Below, piece by piece: positions 56,356-64,000 of a stretch of 64,000 nucleotides of DNA. Under the pieces are notes generated by a model. It was not told where the DNA came from. It ran no database searches and saw only the letters and a program-made list of their open reading frames with translations. Made by a program: the position numbers and the translations under genes. Within the stretch, counting starts at the first letter, position 1; every line of letters begins with the position of its first letter. The stretch is from an uncultured Elusimicrobia bacterium (GTDB lineage Bacteria > Elusimicrobiota > Elusimicrobia > 2-01-FULL-59-12), in contig CAZSAL010000004.1 in NCBI GenBank assembly GCA_964604825.1, forward strand, positions 11,400-75,399, given 5' to 3'.

Positions 56356-57483
56356 ATGCGGACGCGAACCTTGATCCTGATTCTGACCTTGATGCTGACC
56401 GGACTCCTGCGGGCTTCTGACCCTGGAACGACGGCGGCGGATTTCCTGAACCTGGGAGCCGGTCCCCGCGCGATCGCAATGGGGGATGCCCAGGTGGGCC
56501 TGGCCAACGATGTCTATTCGACTTATTGGAACCCGGCGGGCCTCTCCACTTTAAGGACTCAGGAAGCCGCTTTTGTCCAGACGCAGTACCTCCAGAATAT
56601 TTCCCAGGAGTATCTGGCCTATGCCATGCCTCAAACCCGTTTTGGTTCTTTTGGCGCGAGCTTCACTTATCAAGGCTACGGAAGTTTCTCCGGATACGAC
56701 GCCTCGGGCCAACCGACCGCCAGCGTGGGCGCCAATGACATGGATCTGGGGATCTCTTACAGCCGTGATCTCTATAAGGATGAACGCTATGGCTCCGAGT
56801 TGTCGGCCGGCGTCACTGGGAAATGGATCCGCGAGCAACTGGACCAGGCCAGCGCCAATGCCTACGCGGGAGACTTTGGACTGCTTTTTTCCCCCGGCAT
56901 CCGGTGGGGGGAATCTCTAAACGGCTGGAAAGCGGGTTTGGCGCTGCGCAATGTCGGCACCGCCATGACTTTTGATCAGGAATCCTTTGCGCTTCCCCGA
57001 ACTCTCGCCGCCGGACTCTCCTATACGGGCAACTGGCGGGATGAATCCATCACTGTCACTTTGGACGGCCGGCAGCCGAATAGTGGAGCGCGGAGCATGG
57101 GAGCGGGTCTTGAAATCTGGACCCTGCAATCCTTTGTTCTGCGCGGAGGTTACACCACGGAAGGTGATTTGGGCAGCGGTCTGCGCGTCGGCGCAGGGAT
57201 TCGCTTTAAGACGATCGAAGTCGACTATGCCTTCGCCTCGGAGGGCCCGTTAGGCAACACGCAGCGATTCGGACTCACGCTTCGATTTGCCGCTCCGAAA
57301 GAAAATCCCGTGCTCCTGGCGCAGCATTCCTTTGAAAGGGGCATGCACGAATTCAACAAAGGACGTTATACCGAGTCGCTCGCGGATTTTAATAAAACGC
57401 TCGAAGTCGATCCCACGCATCCGCAGGCGCTCGACATGATGAAACGAACTTATGAAAAGCTCAATGAACCTTCAGCGCAATAG
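56356..57483 (+). CDS. PorV/PorP(SprF)-like outer-membrane beta-barrel protein with a C-terminal TPR region
   Basis: Signal peptide, then the PorP/PorV family N-terminal motif (RAIAMGDAQVGLANDVYSTYWNPAGL). C-terminal TPR-like helices. Confidence 0.5.
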   Translation: MRTRTLILILTLMLTGLLRASDPGTTAADFLNLGAGPRAIAMGDAQVGLANDVYSTYWNPAGLSTLRTQEAAFVQTQYLQNISQEYLAYAMPQTRFGSFGASFTYQGYGSFSGYDASGQPTASVGANDMDLGISYSRDLYKDERYGSELSAGVTGKWIREQLDQASANAYAGDFGLLFSPGIRWGESLNGWKAGLALRNVGTAMTFDQESFALPRTLAAGLSYTGNWRDESITVTLDGRQPNSGARSMGAGLEIWTLQSFVLRGGYTTEGDLGSGLRVGAGIRFKTIEVDYAFASEGPLGNTQRFGLTLRFAAPKENPVLLAQHSFERGMHEFNKGRYTESLADFNKTLEVDPTHPQALDMMKRTYEKLNEPSAQ

Positions 57484-58897
57484 CCTGATTCTGGCGTTGC
57501 TCTTTTTCCCCGTGGGGCTCCATGCCGTGGCGGCCAGCGGAGGTGACTACACCCTGACCAAATGCCTTGCCGGGGAATCCGGAGTCAATCAGGTTTCTTC
57601 CGCGGATTACGGAACGCCTTACACGCTGGGCGAAGACGCCGCGGGCGTCGACATGCAAAGTACGGATTACGATCTGGTCACCGGCTACTTCAGCGGTTAT
57701 CCCAGCGGCACCGTCGGACCTTTCAGTCTCTTAAGTTCTAATGTGGGCACAACCAAAATCCTGCAGGATGGCGTTCAGGTCGGTGTGCCCGTAAACGCCA
57801 CAGTCCAGCTCACGTTTTCAAGTCCGCTTGATCCGACCACGATCGCCGGGGGCATCCAGGTCATGATGGTCATGGACCATCTCGGGCAACCTCAGGATGT
57901 CATTGTGCTGTCCTCCTATACCTACGATGCTGCCGGGTCTACGGTCGTTTTCTCGCCGCAAGGCGCGTGGCCGGGCAATACGCTCCTGGACGTGATCGTC
58001 AACAGCCAATTGCAGTCGATCGACGGCTTTGCGCTCGCCCAGGAAGCGCACGTTCGATTCATCACGGTTCTGGACCCTGCTCAGGAGAACGTTGTCCTGC
58101 ATCCCATTCCGATTCCGGGGCTGGCTCAGGCCTCGGCTGTCGGCAGCGCGCCGTCTTTAAACCTCGATATCCCAACCGGGTCCCTCTCCAGTTACGCGTA
58201 TGTGCTGGTCAGCCAGGACCCGATTCATTCCCCGCTCCAGGCAAACCCCAGCGTCATCCAGACGGCGACGCAGAAAGCCCAAAACTCGGGCGGCGCCTAC
58301 CAGACGCCGCTCGCCCTTGAAGAAATTGCCGCTTACAACCAGCAGGGTCAACCCATGAGTCTGGCCAAGGCAATCAGTTTTTCAATCACCTCCAGTGGAA
58401 GTCAGGGCTTTACGGGCGGGACGACCGTGCCGATCAACCCACAGACGCTCTCTCTCTGGACATTGGATTCGGCGCACTCCTTGTGGGTCAAAATGCCGGA
58501 CAGCCGCCCGGATGGAGCGGGTGTGGCCGGATCGGTCACCCAGTTCTCGGTTTATGCCCTGATGGGGAGCGCCGCCACCGATGCTTCCAATACCTATGTC
58601 TTTCCGTTGCCCTGGCGGCCGCACGGTCCGAATTCCGGCGACGGCCCTGGTCAGACGGGGACCGACTCCGGCGGCATCACGTTCTCAAACCTTCCGTCCG
58701 AGTGCTCGATCAAGATTTACACCGTGACAGGGGGGCTTGTGCGCAACCTGCATCATTCCGATTTAGCCGGACCGGTCGGCCAGGAAAAGTGGGACGGCAA
58801 CACGTCGAGCGGGGAGCACGCCGCCAGCGGAGTATACCTCTGGCGCGTGGAATCGTCCGCCGACGGCAAAAACGGCAAGCTCATGCTCATACGCTAG
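57452..58897 (+). CDS. secreted protein with a T9SS-type C-terminal sorting domain-like tail
   Basis: Signal peptide. C-terminus IKIYTVTGGLVRNL...GVYLWRVESS...KLMLIR resembles the Por secretion-tail / FlgD-Ig-like CTD. Confidence 0.45.
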   Translation: MKSSMNLQRNSLILALLFFPVGLHAVAASGGDYTLTKCLAGESGVNQVSSADYGTPYTLGEDAAGVDMQSTDYDLVTGYFSGYPSGTVGPFSLLSSNVGTTKILQDGVQVGVPVNATVQLTFSSPLDPTTIAGGIQVMMVMDHLGQPQDVIVLSSYTYDAAGSTVVFSPQGAWPGNTLLDVIVNSQLQSIDGFALAQEAHVRFITVLDPAQENVVLHPIPIPGLAQASAVGSAPSLNLDIPTGSLSSYAYVLVSQDPIHSPLQANPSVIQTATQKAQNSGGAYQTPLALEEIAAYNQQGQPMSLAKAISFSITSSGSQGFTGGTTVPINPQTLSLWTLDSAHSLWVKMPDSRPDGAGVAGSVTQFSVYALMGSAATDASNTYVFPLPWRPHGPNSGDGPGQTGTDSGGITFSNLPSECSIKIYTVTGGLVRNLHHSDLAGPVGQEKWDGNTSSGEHAASGVYLWRVESSADGKNGKLMLIR

Positions 58898-58905
58898 AGC
58901 ACCGT

Positions 58906-59877
58906 ATTCAGGAGATGACCATGAAGAAGATCACGGTTTTACTCATGTTGATGCTGACAGCCAGCGCGGCCCTCCGGGCCATGCCTGCGCAGATCACCTT
59001 CCAGGGAACGCTCAAGCAAAAGAATGTTCCGGTCAATGTCGCCAAGAACATGCAGTTCAGTTTTGTGGACTCCTCCGGCAGCAGCATCCCGGGGACTGTT
59101 CCCGTCGCCATCGCGAACGTCCAGGTGACGAACGGATTGTTTGCCGTTCAACTGCCGCTCGACCCGACGATTCCGTGGGACAAGTATCAGCCGTACATCC
59201 AGGTCTCCGTGGAAGGGCAGGTCCTCGGCCCCAATCAGCCGCTGAATGCCAACGCCTATGCCATGGTGGCCAATAGCGTAGTGGACGGCTCCATCACCTA
59301 TGCGAAACTGGCCCCCAGCGCGCAAACCGCCACGGTGCCACCGGGCGCGGTGATGGCCTTCGACGGATCGGTGGCTCCCGGCGGCTGGCTATTCTGTGAC
59401 GGCTCCGCCGTCAGCCGAACCACTTATTCCAGCCTGTTTGCCGTCATGGGCATCAACCACGGAAGCGGGGACGGAACCAGCACCTTTAACCTTCCGGATT
59501 ACCGGGGCCGCTTCCTGCGCGGTCAGGACCAGGGGACTGGCCGTGACCCCGATGCGGCCGGCCGCAGCGCGATGAACGCCGGGGGCAATGTCGGGGATGC
59601 GATTGGCACTGTAGAAGGCGGTGCGACCGCCATGCCGAACAATACCTTCGCGACGGATAAATCCGGCGCTCATACGCACCAGTATTTACGACCCATTCAC
59701 GGGTGGGGTGACCAGTCCGGCTCCAATGGCGTGCCCTGGGTCATTGCGGGTGATCAATATGGCACGACCGGCCAGCCGGAAGGGACCGCGGACGGAGCGC
59801 ATAGCCACAAAGTGGTCGGCGGCGACAACGAGACGCGGCCGGTGAATGCCTCCGTGAACTGGATCATTAAGTACTAG
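58906..59877 (+). CDS. phage tail-collar domain protein (MdpB-like), secreted
   Basis: Signal peptide; collar-domain core AFDGSVAPGGWLFCDGSAVSRTTYSSLFAVMG...FNLPDYRGRFLRG. Confidence 0.7.
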   Translation: MQEMTMKKITVLLMLMLTASAALRAMPAQITFQGTLKQKNVPVNVAKNMQFSFVDSSGSSIPGTVPVAIANVQVTNGLFAVQLPLDPTIPWDKYQPYIQVSVEGQVLGPNQPLNANAYAMVANSVVDGSITYAKLAPSAQTATVPPGAVMAFDGSVAPGGWLFCDGSAVSRTTYSSLFAVMGINHGSGDGTSTFNLPDYRGRFLRGQDQGTGRDPDAAGRSAMNAGGNVGDAIGTVEGGATAMPNNTFATDKSGAHTHQYLRPIHGWGDQSGSNGVPWVIAGDQYGTTGQPEGTADGAHSHKVVGGDNETRPVNASVNWIIKY

Positions 59878-59879
59878 CC

Positions 59880-61181
59880 ATGAGGCTCATCGTTCCTCAT
59901 CGCGTTAAACGTTCAGGTCTGCCAGTTCTCTTGCTGCTTCTGGCCAGCGCTCTGAGCCTGCAGGCGGAGAGCCTGAACCCTCCCGAACTGGCGCAGGGGA
60001 TTCAAGCCTATCAGGAAGAGCGCCTCTTGACCGCCCTGGGGCATTTCATTCATGTCATCGAGAAGAACCCATCCAACACGCAAGCCCAGACCTATGTGAA
60101 ATTGATCGCGCAGAAATTGCAGGACCGGCAGGCAGAGCGCGCGCGTGAGGAAGAAGTGGCGATTCTGTCTGCGACGTCCAGACTCCTGGACAGCCGGCGA
60201 ATGGATACCCGGGCCGTTGATCGGGACTTGCGAGAAATCATGAACGCGAAATCCGAGCGCGAGGCGGCGGAACGCCATTCCAAGTGCACGATGGCGCAGA
60301 TGGAAGCTCAATTGGGGCGACTGGCGGTGGCCAACGATTTGGTTTTTCAAGTCATCGCCCAGTGCCCGACTGATTCAGAGGCCCAACGCCTCTTGAGCGA
60401 TTTGCAGAGTCAGATCCGGCAAACTCTGGACGGGCGCAAGGACCTCTCTGTCCCCGAGCGCCGGACCCTCGAAGGATTTTACGCCTACGGCCAGGCGGAC
60501 TACACGTCGGCCGCGGCGGCATGGGGTCAGGCCCGGAGCGCCCTTGATCAGAGTCTGCCCGGACCCGAGGCGATTCATCAAGTGGCGCTCCTCCATTTTG
60601 AAGCGTATGAGAAAATCGCCCGAGCGCATGTCGACGAAGAACTGGAGGCTGCCCGGCTTCGGCTCCTCTTCGGTGAAGGCGTGGCCGCCTATGAGAAACA
60701 GGACTTTAGTAAAGCGCTGAACTCTTTCCGTCAGGTGGCTCTCGCCGATCAAACCTATCCGCAATTGGGCCAATACCTCGTCCAGTCGGAAGTGGCCGTC
60801 GAGCGAAACCGCACGAGCGCCTTGAGCGACGCCAAGCGGCAGGAAGCTTCACAGGCCTTTGCCAAAGGCATGGCCAATCTCGAAAAAGGCGACTACGCGC
60901 TCGCCAGGACTTCTTTCGAAGCGGTACTTGCGCTGGATCCCGCTCATCCTCAGGCCAAACTGTATTTGCAGCAGATCGACTCTCAGAAAACCCGGCCCAC
61001 CGATCCTTTGGCCGGTCAGCAGCATTATGAGGCGGGACTCATGGCCTTTGTCGGAGGCGATATGGAGCAGGCGATCCGCGAATGGCACATCGCGCTCAGG
61101 TTTGATCCGGAGAATCCCAAGGTGACCAGCTCTCTAAACAAGGTCCAAAGGGAATTGGCGTCGGCCCACGAACTCCCTTAA
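59880..61181 (+). CDS. TPR-repeat protein (secreted)
   Basis: Signal peptide; multiple TPR-like helical hairpins. Confidence 0.55.
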   Translation: MRLIVPHRVKRSGLPVLLLLLASALSLQAESLNPPELAQGIQAYQEERLLTALGHFIHVIEKNPSNTQAQTYVKLIAQKLQDRQAERAREEEVAILSATSRLLDSRRMDTRAVDRDLREIMNAKSEREAAERHSKCTMAQMEAQLGRLAVANDLVFQVIAQCPTDSEAQRLLSDLQSQIRQTLDGRKDLSVPERRTLEGFYAYGQADYTSAAAAWGQARSALDQSLPGPEAIHQVALLHFEAYEKIARAHVDEELEAARLRLLFGEGVAAYEKQDFSKALNSFRQVALADQTYPQLGQYLVQSEVAVERNRTSALSDAKRQEASQAFAKGMANLEKGDYALARTSFEAVLALDPAHPQAKLYLQQIDSQKTRPTDPLAGQQHYEAGLMAFVGGDMEQAIREWHIALRFDPENPKVTSSLNKVQRELASAHELP

Positions 61182-61200
61182 CGGGAATGGAGGTTTAGCT

Positions 61201-62592
61201 ATGCGGCTTTTTCCAAAATTGGCTCTCCTGGTTTCCGGACTCCTCCTGGCCGCCGTGGTGGGGTTGAGTGCGCTCTATTACGTGAGCGAGGAACGACTCA
61301 TCCGGCAACAGGCGCAAGCTCACCAGCAGGAGCTTCTCCAGAACCTGGTGTTGATCGCCCAGGATGCCTATTTCTCGACAGACGACCTCCTGCTGGCCAC
61401 CTACACGCACCGGTTGTTGAAATGGAATCCGGAACTCCTGAGTGCAAGTGTCGTGGACCCGCGCGGGCGGATCAAGGCACATTCCGAACCGCACAACATC
61501 GGCAAGATGAGCGATGCGGTCACGCCGTCTTCCGCCCTGGTCTTAAGTCAGCCCGTTAAATACGGGCAATTATATTTAGGGACCGCCTCCGTGATGTTTT
61601 CTCAGAAAGTGCTGGACGCTATGCTTCAGGCCCGTCTGGACGAACTTAAAAAGCGTGTCCTCAGTTTGACCATCACAGTGCTCCTCCTGGGCCTGGCCGG
61701 TTCCTTTGGGATGGCCTTGTCCTGGACGCGGCCGATCAAGCGCGTCATTGTCGGAGCCGAAGCGATCGGCAAAGGCCGCTGGGACATTGATCTGGGAGTT
61801 TCAGAAGAGCGCCGCGATGAGTTGGGAATCCTCTCGCGCTCGATCCGAGCCATGGCCGGCGAGCTCAAAGAGCTCGATCAAATGAAAGAGGATTTCGTGA
61901 CAGCCGTCACGCACGAGCTGCGTTCACCTTTGGGCGCCATCGAATGCTTCCTGAATAAGATCGCCGACGAGCGTCGCCTGGGTCGCCCGCAGACCCAATG
62001 GGACGACTACCACAACCGCATGGCGCAGAATGTCCAGCGCCTGACGCGTTTTGTTAACGATCTTCTGGATGTCGCCGCTCTCGACCGGGGAAAGGTTCAA
62101 CTGCAGCCTGAAGTCGTCGATATGGGAGTGATGACGCGTGAGGTGGTGGCGCTCTTTGAAGCGACGCTCCAGCAAAAACGCATGCGCGCCGAAATTGAGC
62201 TGCCGGACCGGCTTCCCAAGGTTTTGGCCGATCCGGACAAGATTAACCAGGTGGTCGTCAATCTCCTATCCAACGCCATCAAATTTACGCCGGAGGGGGG
62301 ACTGATCAGGATTCGCTTGGACGATTTGGATCCGAAACCATTCCTGCAAATTTCCGTCGTGGATTCGGGCGTTGGAATCCGTCCGGAAGACCAGGTCAAA
62401 CTTTTCAACAAATTTGAACAGGTGAAGTCGACCCGTCAGAAACTAAAAGGGCCGAAAGGAACCGGGCTTGGTCTGGCGATCTGCAGGGGCCTCGTCGAAT
62501 TGCATGGAGGCGAAATTCAAGTCTCCAGCGAACTGGAACAGGGAAGCACGTTTACCTTCACGCTTCCCGTTGTTCCCGTCGCGTTAAATTGA
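61201..62592 (+). CDS. sensor histidine kinase
   Basis: TM-extracytoplasmic-TM architecture, H-box THELRSPL, and HATPase_c G-boxes (GTGLGLAI). Confidence 0.85.
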   Translation: MRLFPKLALLVSGLLLAAVVGLSALYYVSEERLIRQQAQAHQQELLQNLVLIAQDAYFSTDDLLLATYTHRLLKWNPELLSASVVDPRGRIKAHSEPHNIGKMSDAVTPSSALVLSQPVKYGQLYLGTASVMFSQKVLDAMLQARLDELKKRVLSLTITVLLLGLAGSFGMALSWTRPIKRVIVGAEAIGKGRWDIDLGVSEERRDELGILSRSIRAMAGELKELDQMKEDFVTAVTHELRSPLGAIECFLNKIADERRLGRPQTQWDDYHNRMAQNVQRLTRFVNDLLDVAALDRGKVQLQPEVVDMGVMTREVVALFEATLQQKRMRAEIELPDRLPKVLADPDKINQVVVNLLSNAIKFTPEGGLIRIRLDDLDPKPFLQISVVDSGVGIRPEDQVKLFNKFEQVKSTRQKLKGPKGTGLGLAICRGLVELHGGEIQVSSELEQGSTFTFTLPVVPVALN

Positions 62593-62608
62593 CCCAAAAG
62601 GAGCCGTC

Positions 62609-63568
62609 ATGGATACAAACCCTATTCTGTACGTGGAAGACGAGCCGGACTATCAGGTCCTGGTTTCTGGAATTCTTTCCGAAGCAGGCATCTTCACGGA
62701 AGTAGCCGATACCGGCGAAGACGGCATGGAGAAGCTCTCCCGAAGGACACCCAGCCTTCTGCTCTTGGACGTCAATCTCCCGGACACGAGCGGCTATGAC
62801 CTGTGCAGCCGCATCCGTCAGGAAGAAGCCTGGGCGGATCTTCCGATTGTGATGTTGACGGTCCGCGGTCGACCGAATGAATGGCTGGAGGGATTCTCCA
62901 AAGGAGCTGATGACTATCTGTCCAAGCCCTTCAATCCGCCGGAGCTGATCGAACGAGTGCAGTCGATCTTAAACGGAAAACGCGACCGGCGTTTGAACTC
63001 GGATGATCCGGAACATCTTCTGATCGAAGCCGCGCTGGCCGGCAATCGCAGGGCCTTTGAAGTGCTCATCACCCAGTACAGAATGCCACTTCTTCACAGC
63101 GTCAGGAGACTTGCGGACAATCCTGCCGTGGCCGAAGATATTGTCGCCGCCGCCTTTTCGACTGCCTATGAAACGCTAGGGCGATTCAACGGCAACTCTT
63201 CCTTCTTCACGTGGCTCTATGGCATCGCTGACAATCAAATTCATACGGAGTGGCGGAGCCACAGTGTCGCCCCCCTGGTTGAATTCAATGAAGAGCACCC
63301 GGCGCGCTCGAGCCATTCCTCCGTTTCCATTTCGGCCAACCAATCCGAGTTGTATCTGAAGGCAATGCGCAAGCTCGATCGTGCCATTACCAGCCTGCCG
63401 GCGGACTATCGCACGCCGGTCCGCCAACATTGCATCAATGAGGTTCCGGTCGAAGATCTCGCCCGTCAGCTCAAGCTCCCCGTCGGGACCGTCCTCTCCC
63501 GGATCCACAGGGGGAAAGCCCTCCTCCGGAAAATCTTCAGACGATACCCCAAGCCGGAAGCTCTTTAA
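62609..63568 (+). CDS. response-regulator receiver domain fused to an ECF-like sigma factor
   Basis: Canonical REC (VEDEPD, LLLLDVNLPD, MLTVRG, SKPF), then sigma70 region 2 and region 4 (DLARQLKLPVGTVLSRIHRGK). Confidence 0.75.
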   Translation: MDTNPILYVEDEPDYQVLVSGILSEAGIFTEVADTGEDGMEKLSRRTPSLLLLDVNLPDTSGYDLCSRIRQEEAWADLPIVMLTVRGRPNEWLEGFSKGADDYLSKPFNPPELIERVQSILNGKRDRRLNSDDPEHLLIEAALAGNRRAFEVLITQYRMPLLHSVRRLADNPAVAEDIVAAAFSTAYETLGRFNGNSSFFTWLYGIADNQIHTEWRSHSVAPLVEFNEEHPARSSHSSVSISANQSELYLKAMRKLDRAITSLPADYRTPVRQHCINEVPVEDLARQLKLPVGTVLSRIHRGKALLRKIFRRYPKPEAL

Positions 63569-63681
63569 AATCCTAGCGCATCCTCCGCGCGGTCAGCGTC
63601 ACTAAATCCCTCTGACCGCCATTACAGCCTCTCGCCGTCGACAGCTTGCACAAGTCCCCTGACAGAAAGGAATAGACGCCT

Positions 63682-64000
63682 ATGAACGCCATCCTCCCCA
63701 CAGAACCCATTGAAGACCGAATTCTCATGATTCGCGGTCAGAAAGTCATGCTGGACGCCGACTTGGCCGAAATCTACGGAGTCACGACCGCGCGCTTAAA
63801 CCAGCAGGTGAATCGAAACCGTCACCGCTTCCCGGATGATTTCATGCTGACGCTAACACTCGCCGAGAAAGCGGAGCTTATTGCAAAACGCAATAACCTT
63901 CAGAAGCTCAAATACTACCCCGGGCTACCCAAAGCCTTCAGCGAACACGGTGCCGTTATGCTCGCGAGCGTCATAAACAGCCCGGTCGCCGTGCGCGCGA
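63682..64000 (+). CDS. ORF6N-domain protein, 3'-partial (runs off the window)
   Basis: ORF6N-like motif IRGQKVMLDADLAEIYGVTTARLNQQVNRNRHRFPDDFMLTLT. Confidence 0.5.
   Translation, partial: MNAILPTEPIEDRILMIRGQKVMLDADLAEIYGVTTARLNQQVNRNRHRFPDDFMLTLTLAEKAELIAKRNNLQKLKYYPGLPKAFSEHGAVMLASVINSPVAVRA

Overview
This is a high-GC (about 55-60%), densely coding bacterial window with three main parts.

(1) 1-18960: a compact, translationally coupled aryl-polyene / flexirubin-type lipid-pigment biosynthetic cluster. It encodes two ACPs, three KS-type proteins plus a chain-length-factor-like KS, FabG, hotdog dehydratases, an aromatic amino-acid ammonia-lyase with the MIO motif, an AMP-ligase, acyltransferases, a family-2 glycosyltransferase, a LolA-like carrier and an MMPL exporter. 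A flavin-dependent halogenase (WxWxIP motif) is encoded convergently at its end.

(2) about 19.4-55 kb: rmuC, followed by what looks like a defence island fused to a conjugative element.
- A two-gene operon pairs a protein with a nitrilase/amidase-like N-terminal domain with a Rad50/SbcC-like zinc-hook ATPase. This is Lamassu-like or novel.
- A complete type I R-M system (hsdMSR) follows.
- Next come MobC plus a relaxase with candidate oriT hairpins, and a full VirB2-B11 plus VirD4 type IV secretion system.
- Three tandem divergent ssb paralogues follow.
- A ubiquitin-like conjugation module follows: a Pup-sized 64-aa protein ending GGY, an E2, a Cys-less E2 (UEV-like) with a Phd/YefM-like N-terminus, a ThiF-type E1, a JAB, an MBL-fold protein and a membrane protein.
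- Two copies of an unclassified ~250-nt structured leader element sit in front of small hypothetical genes. The copies show compensatory base changes, a G-U wobble, and an anti-SD / SD arrangement. A ParB-like gene, a RadC-like gene and an ECF sigma factor lie nearby.

(3) 55-64 kb: regulators and envelope genes.
- An atypical OmpR-family regulator with Asn in place of the phospho-acceptor Asp, followed by an 11-bp periodic CGCCAT direct-repeat array.
- A PorV/PorP-like outer membrane protein fused to TPR, and a secreted protein with a T9SS-type C-terminal domain (hinting at an FCB-group host).
- A tail-collar-domain protein, a TPR protein, a sensor kinase, and a receiver-ECF sigma fusion.
- A 3'-partial ORF6N gene.

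A conserved 33-nt motif occurs three times (upstream of mobC, of the T4SS operon and of the PorV-like gene). No rRNA, tRNA, CRISPR array or transposase was recognised.
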